Part shown: in pieces, positions 25,056 to 35,800 of the stretch | How positions within the stretch are numbered: the stretch's first letter is position 1 | Layout of the letters: each line of letters begins with the position of its first letter | Source: Candidatus Omnitrophota bacterium | GTDB taxonomy: Bacteria > Omnitrophota > Gorgyraeia > 1-14-0-20-64-10 > JACQQZ01 | Direction of reading: 5' to 3' | Length of the DNA: 45,532 bases | NCBI GenBank assembly: GCA_016206635.1 | Contig: JACQRF010000059.1 | Span: 1 to 45,532, forward strand | Position numbers and translations under genes: made by a program | The notes under the pieces: model-generated | The model's database searches: none | What the model was told of the DNA's origin: nothing | What the model saw: the letters and a program-made list of their open reading frames with translations, nothing else

Positions 25056-27502
25056 CAGGCGGCCCTCCGCCGCCGGCGCCACCACACGGCGATCCCCAGC
25101 ACGGTGATCGCCGTGACGACGGCCCCGATCCGCAGCGTCACGGGGGCATACCACAACTCAACGGTGTGCCGGCCGGTCCCCTGCACGAGCACCCCGCGAA
25201 TCAGCCCGTTGGCCATGTCGAGCGGGACCGGGTGGTTGTCCACGCGCGCGTGCCAGCCGGGGAAATGCGTCTCGCTCACGACCACCGGCGTGACCGGCCG
25301 CTCAGTCTCCACGCGCAAACGCCAGTAGCCGGGCGTCGCGCGCTCGACCGCCACCGTGGCTGGGAGGGTCGCATCCGTTGCCCGCGGTGAGCGCAGCAAG
25401 GTATCCACCACCGCTGCGGAGTCAGGACTCAGCGATTTGGCCGGGAAGATTCGATCGAGCATCGAGTTGGCGGTCACGTAGGGGATAGTATACCGGAACC
25501 CGGCGACAAACAATGGAATGACCTGACCCCCACTCCCGCGGTATGCCGTCAGGAGCCGCTGGGCGTCCGCCACCTCGCGGACGCCGGGCCTCGTCAAGAA
25601 CACCGCGCGGAACGGGGCGAGTTCCTCCACCGTGAAGCCGTCCAGGCGGGCGGGCGACGTGCTGAACACCGCCCAGCGCGTCGGGTCGAACGCCCGATGA
25701 TACACCACCAGCTTGGCCTCCACGGCATTATAGTCCGGGGCATCATCGCTGCCGACCAGCAGCGCCGCCTCATCGGGGATCCAGACCCTTGGGAGGCATG
25801 TCGTCAACTCGTGCAATTCGGCATCCGGTCGCGCGTAGACCAGCCGCGTGTGGGCCGGGTGCCGGACCAGATGGTCCGAGGGCATCAGCAGGTACCGGAC
25901 ATTCATCAGGCGGAACAACGTGAACAGCCGCCCCATCTCCTCAAGATCGTCTCGGTCATGATAATGGACGATGAGGCCGTACCGAGGCAAATAGGCCGGG
26001 TCCAGCGGCATCACCAGCTCGATCCCCTGGAGGAACGTTGAGTACGGGGTGATCTGGGGGAGCCGCCCGCCATCATGGTAGACGCGGAACGGCTGGGCGG
26101 ATGGCCACCGCGCGACCACGCCCAAGCGAAGATTCCAGTCATCCGGGTGTTGGCCCTGCGCATCGTATCGCCTCAACGCCTCGCCGAGCGATCCGGCGTC
26201 GGCCGACGCCGCGGTCGGGGGCATCGGCCGCACGTGCCCGAAGTCATGGCGCCGCAGAACATGGTAGAACGGCGCGGCGGCGGCCCCGACGCAGAACGCG
26301 ATGCCGGCCACCGCCGCCCATCGAACGGCCACGAACCGTCGGGACCGCGCGTTCGCCAGGGCGCGGAACACCCACGCGGCCCCCAACGCAGCCAGCACCG
26401 GCAGCGCGAGCCGGAACACGAAGAGGACACGCCCCGTATAGTTGGAGTACCGGAACCCAGGGAGCAGGTAATAGAGCCCGGCGAACAGGTCTACCGGCAC
26501 AGCCGGCCCCATGGCTGCCCAACAGGCGATGAACGCCATCATCAGAAAAGTCAGCCGGGCCCGCCACCCCTCCGTGCGGAATGCAGTGACACAGGCGACG
26601 GCGGCGAAGCCCAGGTAGATCCCGTTCACCCAGAGCGACCAGGCCGGCGGCAGGTAGCCGAAAAATTGTCCGACCGCGCGCCCTAAGTCCGGCCAAGAAG
26701 GGTTCTGCCCTGTCCGCTCCAAGTCATCCACCGTCCACCCGGCTCTCGTTGATAACACGGTGGATTCCAGGACCGGTAATAATTTGATGGCGGCGAGCCC
26801 GGCCGCCACCACGACGACCGCCAGGCCATGCCGAAAGAGCTGCGCCAGGCGTGGCCTCCACCGTTTCACTGGCTCTATTAACGCCGCGCCGGCTAGGAGC
26901 AGGCCGTACGCCAGCGCCGTCCCGTGCATCAAGTACGTCGTGCCGGCCAACACCTGTGCCGCGAGACACGCCCCTGCGGCGACCAGGAATCCAGGGCGGT
27001 GTTCTGTCGTCCCACGCCAGAGACAGGCGATCCCCCACACCGCCCACGGCAGCGCATAGAGCTCAGGCACGCCGCCCCCCTGGATGAAATGCAGCATCCT
27101 GGCATTGAGCAGGAGGCCGACGGGGGCCAGAACGGCGGCCACCGGGGGACATCCGAGCCACCGAGCCAGCAGGTACCCGCCCCCGGCGGCTGCCACTAAA
27201 TGCAGGTACACAACCAGCCGCAATCCGGCATGCACGGTCGGCGCCAGCCAAACCAGCCAGGCCGGTGGATAGAAAAGACCGGCCTGGGGGCTGCCGATGA
27301 GCGAATCCCCGCCGCCGAGGTACGGATCCCACAACGGGAGGCGGTGGAACCCGAAGAGGATCTGTTTCATGACGGCGTACGGATGTCCGAAGAACACGGT
27401 GCCTTCTCCGAACCGCATGGTCATCGGCGCCAGCACGATCGGACTCAATACCACCGCGATCACCGCGATGACCGTCCACCCCATCAGGCGCGAGCGACTC
27501 AT
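25055..27502 (-). CDS. YfhO-like GT-C membrane protein, full-length fused form (815 aa)
   Basis: Polytopic N-terminal half (FFGHPYAVMKQIL..HRLPLWDPYLGGGD..GLFYPPAW..YLHLVAAAGGGYLLARWLG..WGIACLWRG). Extracytoplasmic C-terminal half (FRLMNVRYLLMPSD, HFPGWHARVDNHPV, GTGRHTVELWYAPV) and a final TM. ATGA overlap at 27499/27502. Confidence 0.75.
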   Translation of the reverse strand: MSRSRLMGWTVIAVIAVVLSPIVLAPMTMRFGEGTVFFGHPYAVMKQILFGFHRLPLWDPYLGGGDSLIGSPQAGLFYPPAWLVWLAPTVHAGLRLVVYLHLVAAAGGGYLLARWLGCPPVAAVLAPVGLLLNARMLHFIQGGGVPELYALPWAVWGIACLWRGTTEHRPGFLVAAGACLAAQVLAGTTYLMHGTALAYGLLLAGAALIEPVKRWRPRLAQLFRHGLAVVVVAAGLAAIKLLPVLESTVLSTRAGWTVDDLERTGQNPSWPDLGRAVGQFFGYLPPAWSLWVNGIYLGFAAVACVTAFRTEGWRARLTFLMMAFIACWAAMGPAVPVDLFAGLYYLLPGFRYSNYTGRVLFVFRLALPVLAALGAAWVFRALANARSRRFVAVRWAAVAGIAFCVGAAAAPFYHVLRRHDFGHVRPMPPTAASADAGSLGEALRRYDAQGQHPDDWNLRLGVVARWPSAQPFRVYHDGGRLPQITPYSTFLQGIELVMPLDPAYLPRYGLIVHYHDRDDLEEMGRLFTLFRLMNVRYLLMPSDHLVRHPAHTRLVYARPDAELHELTTCLPRVWIPDEAALLVGSDDAPDYNAVEAKLVVYHRAFDPTRWAVFSTSPARLDGFTVEELAPFRAVFLTRPGVREVADAQRLLTAYRGSGGQVIPLFVAGFRYTIPYVTANSMLDRIFPAKSLSPDSAAVVDTLLRSPRATDATLPATVAVERATPGYWRLRVETERPVTPVVVSETHFPGWHARVDNHPVPLDMANGLIRGVLVQGTGRHTVELWYAPVTLRIGAVVTAITVLGIAVWWRRRRRAA

Positions 27503-30129
27503 GGCTGTCTCCGGCGCGGCCAGATCAATGTCCCGGTCAGGGCGACGACGCCCACGATCGCTATCGTGGTCGCCAACGGCACCACAGCTTGAGGGTGGAA
27601 GCGAATCGCATATGCCCCGCGCGGCGCCTCCAACACCCACCCGTTGGCATAGCCATTCACCGTCACCGGGCGTCCCGCCGCATCCGACCCCAGGCGCCAT
27701 CCTGCGTGCGCCGATTCCGCCATCATGAGCACCACCGGCTCCATCGAGGACGGCGCGGCATCATACGCGACGGGTGACGCGCGCCGCTCGATCACCGGGA
27801 CGAAGCGCGGATCCCAGGGTTGCGCGCCCGGCTGACTGAAAATCAAGGTGACGTGCGTGCCGTTGGGGGCGTCCATGGCGATCTCGTGCGCCCCGGCGTT
27901 GAGCGTCATGGTCGTGGAGGCCCCGGGCGTCATCTGCCACGGCGACCCATCGAGGCGCCCGCGGATCATCGGCGATCGAGGGATGCTCGGTGTGTCCGTG
28001 TACAGCCGTCCCTGGCACGACCAATGGCCATCCCTCGGCACGTGGAGCCGGTATTCGACCCCAGGGGTCACCATCGCGATCACCCACAGCGGGAGTGTGC
28101 CGTCACGAAGCCGCTCCGCCGCCGGCGCCGGGAGCGGCCGCCCATCCGTCACCACCGCCCCGACCATCCCTCGCTGCCACAACCGGTCCACCGCGCCGGC
28201 CTCGATCTGCTGTTCAGCAAAGACGAGCGCCGGACGCTCCAGGAGGGCCGTATCCGCCAGCGGCAGCGCCAGCTCCACCGGGCCGTAGACGATCGCGACC
28301 CGGCGCGCCGCCGTCATGTGGGCCATCGGATCGAGGACTTCATACACATCCCACGCCCCGAACGTATTGACCAACGGCAGGTCCCGCTGCCGCCGCAGCA
28401 CCCCTCGGATGAACGCCGGGCTATCGTGCACCATGTTGCGGGGCTTGTAGTAATTGTACCGGACGTCGTTCTGCTGAACGAGATAGCGGACCTGCAGCAA
28501 GCCCAGGAGCCGCCCCAGCGACTCGGTGGCTTCGGTGTTGATCGCCTGGACCACCAGCTTGGCGAGCGGGCGGCTCTTGTTCTCCGCGGCCTGCGCTACC
28601 AAGGTGAACGCCGGATCGTACGGATAGACCACCGGCCGGGTCGTCAAATCGCCGAGCACGGAGCCAAACCCCGCATAGCCCCAGTCGGTCACCCAGGGGC
28701 TGTCGCCGGGGATCGTGAAAACCCGGCCCGGGGCCGATTGCTGCTCCAGCCATCCCGCCGCCTCATAGGCGTAGTCGGGAATCCGGATTCGGTCCGGCGG
28801 CAGAAATGTCCGTTCTGAAGCGTCGCTGAAGAGGCGCCCGGTCACCAACGGGTAGGCGTACAGGAGCTGGGCGCCGAGGAACGCGATGACGAGCGCGGTC
28901 CCGCTCTTGGTCCACCGCTCCGGGTGCCGGGCGGCCCAGACTGCGATGGCCTGTCCGACCAAGAAGGCGTACCCCAGGCAAATCCAAAGCCCAAACTTAT
29001 AATAGGGAGAACGCACAGCCCAGAACAACGGCAGGTGGTCAAACGCCCACCGATACAGGAGACGGAACGGCGGATGCACGCCCGTGGCGAGGACCACGCC
29101 GAGCACCGACAACCCGATAAACAGCGGGGCGTGCGAGCGCCGGCTGCGCACAGCGCCGTAGAGGGCCATGGTCGGCGTCAGCCAGCTGAGGGTGAGCCAT
29201 CCCGGGTGGCGCAGCAGCGCCGCCGCGTACGTGCGATACGGATCCACCATCCCATCCCGCCAGGTCCAGTCGGCCTGGAGCCGGAGGACGTTGGCCAAAC
29301 TGGTGTGCGCGCTGGTCCCCTCAAGCCAATGCCACGCCACCGCTCGATGGCCCGCCAGGGCCTGGGGATCCTGCATCGACGCAGAGACGGCCGCGGCTTG
29401 GGGAAGCCACCAGAAGCTGTGCACAACGGTCCACGCTAGGAGCGTCCCCGCGGCGAACGCCAGATTGCTGCTGATGGGTTGGCCCATCGCGCGCGATCGG
29501 GCGATTCCCACCAGCATGCAGAGGACCATCACCCCGGCGATCGCGATCGCCTCGGACGGGTTGTTGCCCATGGCCGAGATCGGCAGCGACACCAAGACGA
29601 TCCAGCACGCCGCCTGACGGCGCGAGCGCTGACCGGCCATTGCTTGGATCGCCCACAGCAGGACGAGGGGGAGGATGGCGTAGCTGGTCATCAGCGGCGG
29701 TTTCATGCCCAGCCAGAGATGTTCCTGCCAGACGTTGTACAGGTAGACGCCGGCCGCCGCCACGCCGGCGGCGATCCGTGCCGGACCGCGCACCAGGTGA
29801 ACGACCAATGCATACATGGCCAGCCCCGCCAGGGGGAACCAGATGGCGACCTGGAGCTTTTGCAGCACGGGGAGATCGGCGATCACGCGGGAGGCCACCG
29901 CCGTCACGCCATGGAACAGGATCAACGATCGATCGAAGAGCGCCGCGGCGCCGGCCGCCAGCTGATCGTTCCACAGGTACCGGAACTGCGCCCATTCGCT
30001 CCACGTCACCGGGAGCCGGATGTCCGACGTCTTCAGCAGCCAGTCGCCGCGGAACCAAGTCCACACCGGCACCCATCCCAACCCGAGGACGAGGGCGGCG
30101 CCCCGCCAGAACCGCGCGCGGTCAGACAT
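27499..30129 (-). CDS. AftD/DUF3367-like GT-C membrane glycosyltransferase (paralog 2, 876 aa)
   Basis: N-terminal TM plus KTSDIRLPVTWSEW..YLWNDQLAAG. Motifs VLRLQADWTWRDG..DPY, TGVHPPFRLLYRWAFDHLPLFWAVRSPYYKF and VRYLVQQND. ATG 30129 overlaps the upstream stop (30122) by 8 nt. Confidence 0.65.
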   Translation of the reverse strand: MSDRARFWRGAALVLGLGWVPVWTWFRGDWLLKTSDIRLPVTWSEWAQFRYLWNDQLAAGAAALFDRSLILFHGVTAVASRVIADLPVLQKLQVAIWFPLAGLAMYALVVHLVRGPARIAAGVAAAGVYLYNVWQEHLWLGMKPPLMTSYAILPLVLLWAIQAMAGQRSRRQAACWIVLVSLPISAMGNNPSEAIAIAGVMVLCMLVGIARSRAMGQPISSNLAFAAGTLLAWTVVHSFWWLPQAAAVSASMQDPQALAGHRAVAWHWLEGTSAHTSLANVLRLQADWTWRDGMVDPYRTYAAALLRHPGWLTLSWLTPTMALYGAVRSRRSHAPLFIGLSVLGVVLATGVHPPFRLLYRWAFDHLPLFWAVRSPYYKFGLWICLGYAFLVGQAIAVWAARHPERWTKSGTALVIAFLGAQLLYAYPLVTGRLFSDASERTFLPPDRIRIPDYAYEAAGWLEQQSAPGRVFTIPGDSPWVTDWGYAGFGSVLGDLTTRPVVYPYDPAFTLVAQAAENKSRPLAKLVVQAINTEATESLGRLLGLLQVRYLVQQNDVRYNYYKPRNMVHDSPAFIRGVLRRQRDLPLVNTFGAWDVYEVLDPMAHMTAARRVAIVYGPVELALPLADTALLERPALVFAEQQIEAGAVDRLWQRGMVGAVVTDGRPLPAPAAERLRDGTLPLWVIAMVTPGVEYRLHVPRDGHWSCQGRLYTDTPSIPRSPMIRGRLDGSPWQMTPGASTTMTLNAGAHEIAMDAPNGTHVTLIFSQPGAQPWDPRFVPVIERRASPVAYDAAPSSMEPVVLMMAESAHAGWRLGSDAAGRPVTVNGYANGWVLEAPRGAYAIRFHPQAVVPLATTIAIVGVVALTGTLIWPRRRQP

Positions 30130-31642
30130 GGAGGAGACAATAGCGATCGGCGCGGTGGATGACCTGGGCCTCGGCTAGTTGCAGCTCCGCGAGCGTGACG
30201 AACTTCTCATTGACCAACACGTAATTCACCCGGAACTGGGCGATAATATCCGAGAGCGGTTTGGTGAGGCGCGGCCACAAGCCGGGGTAACGGGTATTGT
30301 GCGCGTGCGAGTTGTCCGTGGACACGACGCGGGCGCGCGTGAAGTACATCACGGCATCGGCCAAGTAGGTCGGCATGGTCAGCAGCCGAATCTCGCCGGG
30401 GAGGCCGTTCAGGTGATCGAAGATCCGCCGGAGGGCCGGCGTCACGGACCGTTCGGTGTCGTTGAGGACCACCACGCGCTGCAGGGCGATGGCCGGCGCC
30501 AACCCGCCGAGCAGCAATACTGCGGGGAGTCCCCACGCGATGCCGGATGCGGCCGGGGACGTCCACGCGCTCAGGAAGACCGTGGCGCCGACCACGGCCG
30601 CCGGGGCATTGGCGTACTCCAGGTACCGTTCCCCCTCTCCCAAAAATCGAATCGGGGGGATTTGTCGAATAGCCACGCCGGCGACCCAGAGCGTTCCCGC
30701 CCAGACGGCGCACCACGCGATCAGCCATGACGGCAATCCCCCGCCCTCCCACACCCCTCGCCACATCAACCATCCGTAGGCCCCCAACACGCAGGGGAGC
30801 GCCGGATGGGCGGCGACGACCGCCATGGCCGGCAGCCGGCGAATCGCCTGGTAGAGACGAAAGACGGGATCCGGGTCCTTCTGATGAGGGGGTGGAAAGC
30901 CGCGGACTTGATGGGCGAATCGGTTTCGAATATTCGCGCGCCAACAGCGCAGCATCGCGAGGTGGCCCGAGAGAACTCGGCGGTACGCCCCCCCAGACAG
31001 CAGCAGGGCCACGCCGCCGCCGGCCGCCAGGTACGCCAGCGGCCACCAGGAACGGCTGAGGAGCGCCATCACCAGGACCAAGACCACGATCGCCTGAATC
31101 GCCAAGCGATGCGTCAGCAAGAGCACTCCCAGCATGGCCGCGGCGATCGCCATCCATCCCCACTGCCCCGTTCCCAGAAATCCTATGAGGGGAAACACGG
31201 AGAGGCTGAAGAGGAGTGACGACAGGGGGCGGGTGGTGAGACTGGCATTCTCCATAACCACCAGGGGACTGAGGCTGTAACATGCCTGGGCCGCGACGGC
31301 CACGGCCAGCCGGCCGGTCATCGCATACACTAGGCCGAACACCAGGCCGTGGTGGCACGCATCGGTCATGGCGGAGGCGCACCACTGGCTTCGTTCAGCC
31401 ACCGGTTTCGGCAACCATGCGAGGAGCACTCGCAACACCGGCGGATAATCCGATGGGGCGTCAATCAGATAATGCTCGGGCATCGTGTCAAACACCCGGC
31501 CCGTGCGGCGAATATGGTCGGCCGCGGCGAGGTGGCGCCACGTGTCCACGCCGAACCAGCGATTCCGCCACCGCGGCCATGTTTGGAGGATGGCGCTCAT
31601 TGCGACCCCTGCCAGACCGATCCCCCAACCGACAATCGTCAT
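30122..31642 (-). CDS. Polytopic membrane protein with a C-terminal soluble domain; GT-C-like or O-antigen-polymerase-like (ArnT-role candidate)
   Basis: MTIVGWGIGLAGVAM..., FGVDTWRHLAAADHIRRTG in the first loop, about 11 hydrophobic segments, and C-terminal FRVNYVLVNEKF. ATGA overlap at 31639/31642. Function is uncertain. Confidence 0.5.
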   Translation of the reverse strand: MTIVGWGIGLAGVAMSAILQTWPRWRNRWFGVDTWRHLAAADHIRRTGRVFDTMPEHYLIDAPSDYPPVLRVLLAWLPKPVAERSQWCASAMTDACHHGLVFGLVYAMTGRLAVAVAAQACYSLSPLVVMENASLTTRPLSSLLFSLSVFPLIGFLGTGQWGWMAIAAAMLGVLLLTHRLAIQAIVVLVLVMALLSRSWWPLAYLAAGGGVALLLSGGAYRRVLSGHLAMLRCWRANIRNRFAHQVRGFPPPHQKDPDPVFRLYQAIRRLPAMAVVAAHPALPCVLGAYGWLMWRGVWEGGGLPSWLIAWCAVWAGTLWVAGVAIRQIPPIRFLGEGERYLEYANAPAAVVGATVFLSAWTSPAASGIAWGLPAVLLLGGLAPAIALQRVVVLNDTERSVTPALRRIFDHLNGLPGEIRLLTMPTYLADAVMYFTRARVVSTDNSHAHNTRYPGLWPRLTKPLSDIIAQFRVNYVLVNEKFVTLAELQLAEAQVIHRADRYCLLHV

Positions 31643-32157
31643 GGCTGCGCCGCGGCCAGCGCGTCCACCAGCACAGTCGAATAGAGCGGATAGAGCCGAT
31701 TGTAGATCTCCACCGGGGTTCGGCATCCTCGTGCATCGACGAATTGTTCAGCGAGCACCGGCCCGCCGTCCACGACCTCGGTCATTCGATGCGCACCGAC
31801 GGAAGCCCGCGTCCCGCCGGCCGCTAAGAACCGTTCCACCGCGCGGGCCCCGGGATACCCGGACAGGCACGGGTGCAAGTTCACGCAACCGAGCCGTGGC
31901 AGCGCCAAGAGCAGCGGCCGGAAAATCTCCGGGCCGTGGCAGCAAACCAGCAGATCCGGCCGCAGCGCCCGAAGCCGTTCCAGGGAGTCCGGCGCGTTGA
32001 TCGACACCGGCCGTGCCGCCGGCAACCCCAGCCGCTCGGCCAGCCCGGCGACCAGCTCATCCGCCGGGATGACGAGCGGCACGGCATGGCCTTTCGCCAG
32101 CAGCGTCAGCAGGGCGATGCAGCCGGCTTGCCGGGCGCCATAGAACACGATCGTCAT
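31639..32157 (-). CDS. Minimal formyltransferase (Formyl_trans_N core only; sugar N-formyltransferase / ArnA N-domain-like)
   Basis: 172 aa. VNLHPCLSGYPGARAVERF...GAHRMTEVVDGGPVLAEQ aligns with the NxH...D catalytic pattern (compare NLHGSLLPKYRG...HRM...DAG in ArnA/Fmt). No C-terminal domain. ATGA overlap at 32154/32157. Confidence 0.7.
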   Translation of the reverse strand: MTIVFYGARQAGCIALLTLLAKGHAVPLVIPADELVAGLAERLGLPAARPVSINAPDSLERLRALRPDLLVCCHGPEIFRPLLLALPRLGCVNLHPCLSGYPGARAVERFLAAGGTRASVGAHRMTEVVDGGPVLAEQFVDARGCRTPVEIYNRLYPLYSTVLVDALAAAQP

Positions 32158-32843
32158 GCCGGCCTCCGGGCGATCACGAAGAGGTCACGAAACCCTCGCG
32201 GCACAGCATACTCCCGATGCAGCCATCGCTTCACCAGGTCCAGTTTGTAGAGATTCGTCCCGAAGAGGTATTTCGCCAGATAGAAGCACGGGATGCTGAG
32301 CACCGCCCGCCATCCACCTCGCGCTTCCAGAGACTCTACTTCGAATCCGGCGCGCTGCAGGAGATCGCGCACGTCATATTCCCGAAAATGTCGATGTCCG
32401 ACCGTCCAGTGGGCGACATCCCCCACCGCGTGGAGCCAATGCCGCCGCGGCACCAGAATCGCCACGCGGCCGCCGGGGCGCAGCACGCGACGGACCTCCT
32501 GCAAGGTCTGACGATCACTCCCGGGATCGAGGTGCTCCAACACATAGTTCATCAAGGCCAGGTGAAACTGCCCGTCACGGAACGGCAGGGTCTGGATATT
32601 CCCGACCACAAACCGGCCCCGCCTCTGCCGGGCCAGGCGCACCGCCTGCCACTCGCGGTCCACGCCGAAGGCCTTCGACGGCCCCTCTAACAACGATTCA
32701 AACGCCCCGGTCCAACAGCCCACATCCAGCAGCCGCCCGTCCGCCAGATAGGGCCGGCACACGTGATAGGCCAGCTCGTGATACAGGTCGGGCCGGCTGT
32801 CTTCAAACCGCGGCAAGTACCGTAGCGGCCGTTGCGTCCTCAT
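32154..32843 (-). CDS. Class I SAM-dependent methyltransferase
   Basis: Motif I LLDVGCWTGAFE, then LALMNYVLEHL and LRPGGRVAILVP. ATGA overlap at 32840/32843. Confidence 0.8.
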   Translation of the reverse strand: MRTQRPLRYLPRFEDSRPDLYHELAYHVCRPYLADGRLLDVGCWTGAFESLLEGPSKAFGVDREWQAVRLARQRRGRFVVGNIQTLPFRDGQFHLALMNYVLEHLDPGSDRQTLQEVRRVLRPGGRVAILVPRRHWLHAVGDVAHWTVGHRHFREYDVRDLLQRAGFEVESLEARGGWRAVLSIPCFYLAKYLFGTNLYKLDLVKRWLHREYAVPRGFRDLFVIARRPA

Positions 32844-35800
32844 CGAGATCTCCGGTGGGGGAGCCGGACAAGACCCACGAGGAGTGTCACCACGGCAACG
32901 GCCGCGACGCCGGATGAAATCCGCAACCCTCGCTCAAACAAGTCTTGAAGGGCAAACCGGAACGTGACCAGCGTGGCGCCGACGCGATCCAGGTAATAGC
33001 CGTTAGCAAACCCATTCACCAGAAAATGCGGCAGCCGCCGAAGACGGCCGGTCGCCGGGTCGCGGGCCCTCGCCTCCCACGCCGGATGGTACGATTCGTT
33101 GAACACCAACAGGCAAGGCCCTTGGCTGACGACCGACGCCTCGACGTCGGTCGGGGCGCGCCGCGTGAACGTGACGGTGGCCGGCGCCGGCGCGCGCGCC
33201 GCGCCGGGTTGCGAACAGTGCAGGAAGTAGCGCGTCCCCACTGCGGCATGCTGGATGCGCACGGTATGGGGACCCGCTGCCGGCGCGGTGATTGATCCGA
33301 CGAATCCCGCGCGCGGCGAATCGTACCGCAGGGGAATCGGCTGGCCGTCCAGGGAGACGGCCAGTGGTTCTGGGAGATCCGTAGGCCACGGCGCCGGATG
33401 GAGTTGGAACCGGTACGCGCCGGCCCGCGGGAGATCGATGACGGCCGCCAACGTCAACGTGCCCACCCGCACGTCGTCGCCTAACGCGTAGGTGACATTC
33501 TCGCCGCCGCGGAGCACCGCGGCATGCGGGGTCGCAAAACTGAGGACATTGCGGCCCGGCGCCAATGTCACCGATCGCAGCAAGACCACGCTCGGCTGAT
33601 CCGGATGGATGCGCTCGGCCCGCAGGCGCGTCCCGTTGAGGAACAGTTCGACGTCCCGTTCGATGCGATACGTGGCAATCGGCACCTGAATGTTCGTGGT
33701 CAGGGAACGGCCCGTCAGGTTATCCAGGTGCGCGCGCGGCTGGCCGCTCACGGCGTATGTTTGCCAACGCCATCGGGTCCTGTCCGGCCACGTCTCGAGA
33801 GGCCCCAACGCCGGCCACTCCGCAACCCGGCAGACCGTTGGCGGCAGCCGGCCCTCCGTCAGATCTTCGGTGAAGGAGTCCGGCGTCACGAACACGGTCA
33901 GGCCGGTTGTCTCGGCCTGTAATGCGGTTGCGGCGGCCGCCTCGAGCGAGGCGCCGTTATACACGACGACCTGGTGGATCGGCAACGAGACGGCGGTGGC
34001 GCGCGACGCCTCGGCGGGGAAGACCAGCGCCCCGGCCCCATCGAGGTGCTCCGTCAGCGCCATCGGCAGCATGCCGCTGCGGACCCCGGGTTCTTCGGAG
34101 ATATCGCTGCGCCCTTTCACTTGAAGGGGGACCAGCGTCGGGTGCGCCCCAACAATCTCCACGAGCCGATCGGCGGCGTAGACGAGGGGACGGCTGTTGG
34201 AGACGGCGTAGACGGTCCGGGGGCCGACGGTTTCCACCGGGGTAATCCCGGTTTGATCGCGCAGCCGCTGTCGGATAAACGCGGGGTCGTCATCCCGGGT
34301 CTCAAAGTAATCGTGGGCGATGTCGTCTTCCTGCAGGAGGTACTGCACGCCGAGCAACCGCAGGAGCGTGACGGCCTCCGGCGTCACCCGATCATACAGC
34401 GCGGCGTAAAACTCTTCGGCCAATCGGTTGCCGTAATCAGCGGCGAACCATGAAAACGAGCTGAACAAAAATGACGCATCGGTAAAGTAATAGAGGATCG
34501 GGACCGGCCCGGAAAATCCCCAGCGATAGACGCTCGCCCCGTTGACGCGGTACGGCAGGCAGAGGAACCTGGCATTGGGGGCCGTCCGGTTAATCCACGC
34601 CGCCGCCTGCATCACCGGTTCCGGGATGATCGCGTGAGACGGCGTCACCTCTCGTCGTTCGGACGGTTTGGGAAACATGCGCCCCAAGACCAGGGGATGC
34701 GCGTAGACGGTATGCGCGACGATCAATACCGCCGCGACGGCGAACGCCGCCGCGGTGCCGGCCCTCCGGTCGCCGATCCGCGCCCGCCACCACGGCTGGA
34801 CCCACCGGCTGATCGTGCCGGCGCCCAATCCGCCGAGGATCGCGTACCCGATGCTGGTCAGCAACGTGAATTTGAACCACGGGCTCCGGACAATCCAAAA
34901 CAACGGGAGGTGCTGCGCGCACCAGAGATACAGCGGGCGAAACGGCGGGTGGGTCCCCGTAGACAGCACCAGCCCGATGACCATGGTGAAAGCGCTATAA
35001 CCCACCAGCCATCCGCGCGTGGTCAAGCAGCCGATCAGGGCCAGCGCCGCCGGGAACCAGCTCAATGCGATGAAGGCGGGATGGGATCGGTACCACTCGG
35101 CGTACGTGACGTATGGTTCCTTCCACCCTTGGAACCACGTCCAATCCCCCTGCATCCGGAGCACATTCTGGAGACTGGTATTGGTGCTGATCCCCTCCAG
35201 CCATCCCGCCGTCCATCCTTTAATGTCGGCGATCGCCGTGTCGGCGATCCGCATGTTGGCCGCCACCGCCTGCGGCAACATCCAGAACGCATTGCACCCG
35301 AACCCGATCGCCCCGGCGATCCCAAAGAACGCGAGGCAGCGGATGGGCGAGCCCTCCGGCGTCCCGCGGTGCGCCACGAGATAGCAGCCAATCAAGATGA
35401 GCAGTCCTAGCACAAAAACGTATGACTGAGCGAAATTGACGCCGATGCCGGCCCCGGCGCCGGCGAGCAGCCCCAGCGCCACGGCGTAGAACCCCCAGGC
35501 CCGCGCGGCACGGAGCCCTCGGACGATTAACAGGATGACCCATGGAAACACCGCGTAGGCGATCAGCGCCGATTGCCCGCCGGGCCATTGCGAGGCCAGC
35601 GCCAGGTTGAACATGTACAGGTGGGTCGCTACGAGGCGAGCGGCCCAGCTCTTCGACACGTACACCATCAAGGTATACATGGAGAGTCCCGGCAGCAGGA
35701 ACCACGCCACGAACTCGATCCGCTGCGCCCAGAAGAGCGATCCCGTCATCCAGTTCGTGATCGCCGGGATCAGATACGGCACCAAGGTCGGCAGACTGAT

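Noticed and set aside
34441-34500. A locally AT-richer patch inside the third AftD-like gene, considered as a possible regulatory insert.
   Set aside because: It stays in frame and encodes a Phe/Tyr/Ser-rich segment (LYYFTDASFLFSSFSWFAADYG) consistent with a membrane-interface segment. There is no sign of a separate element.
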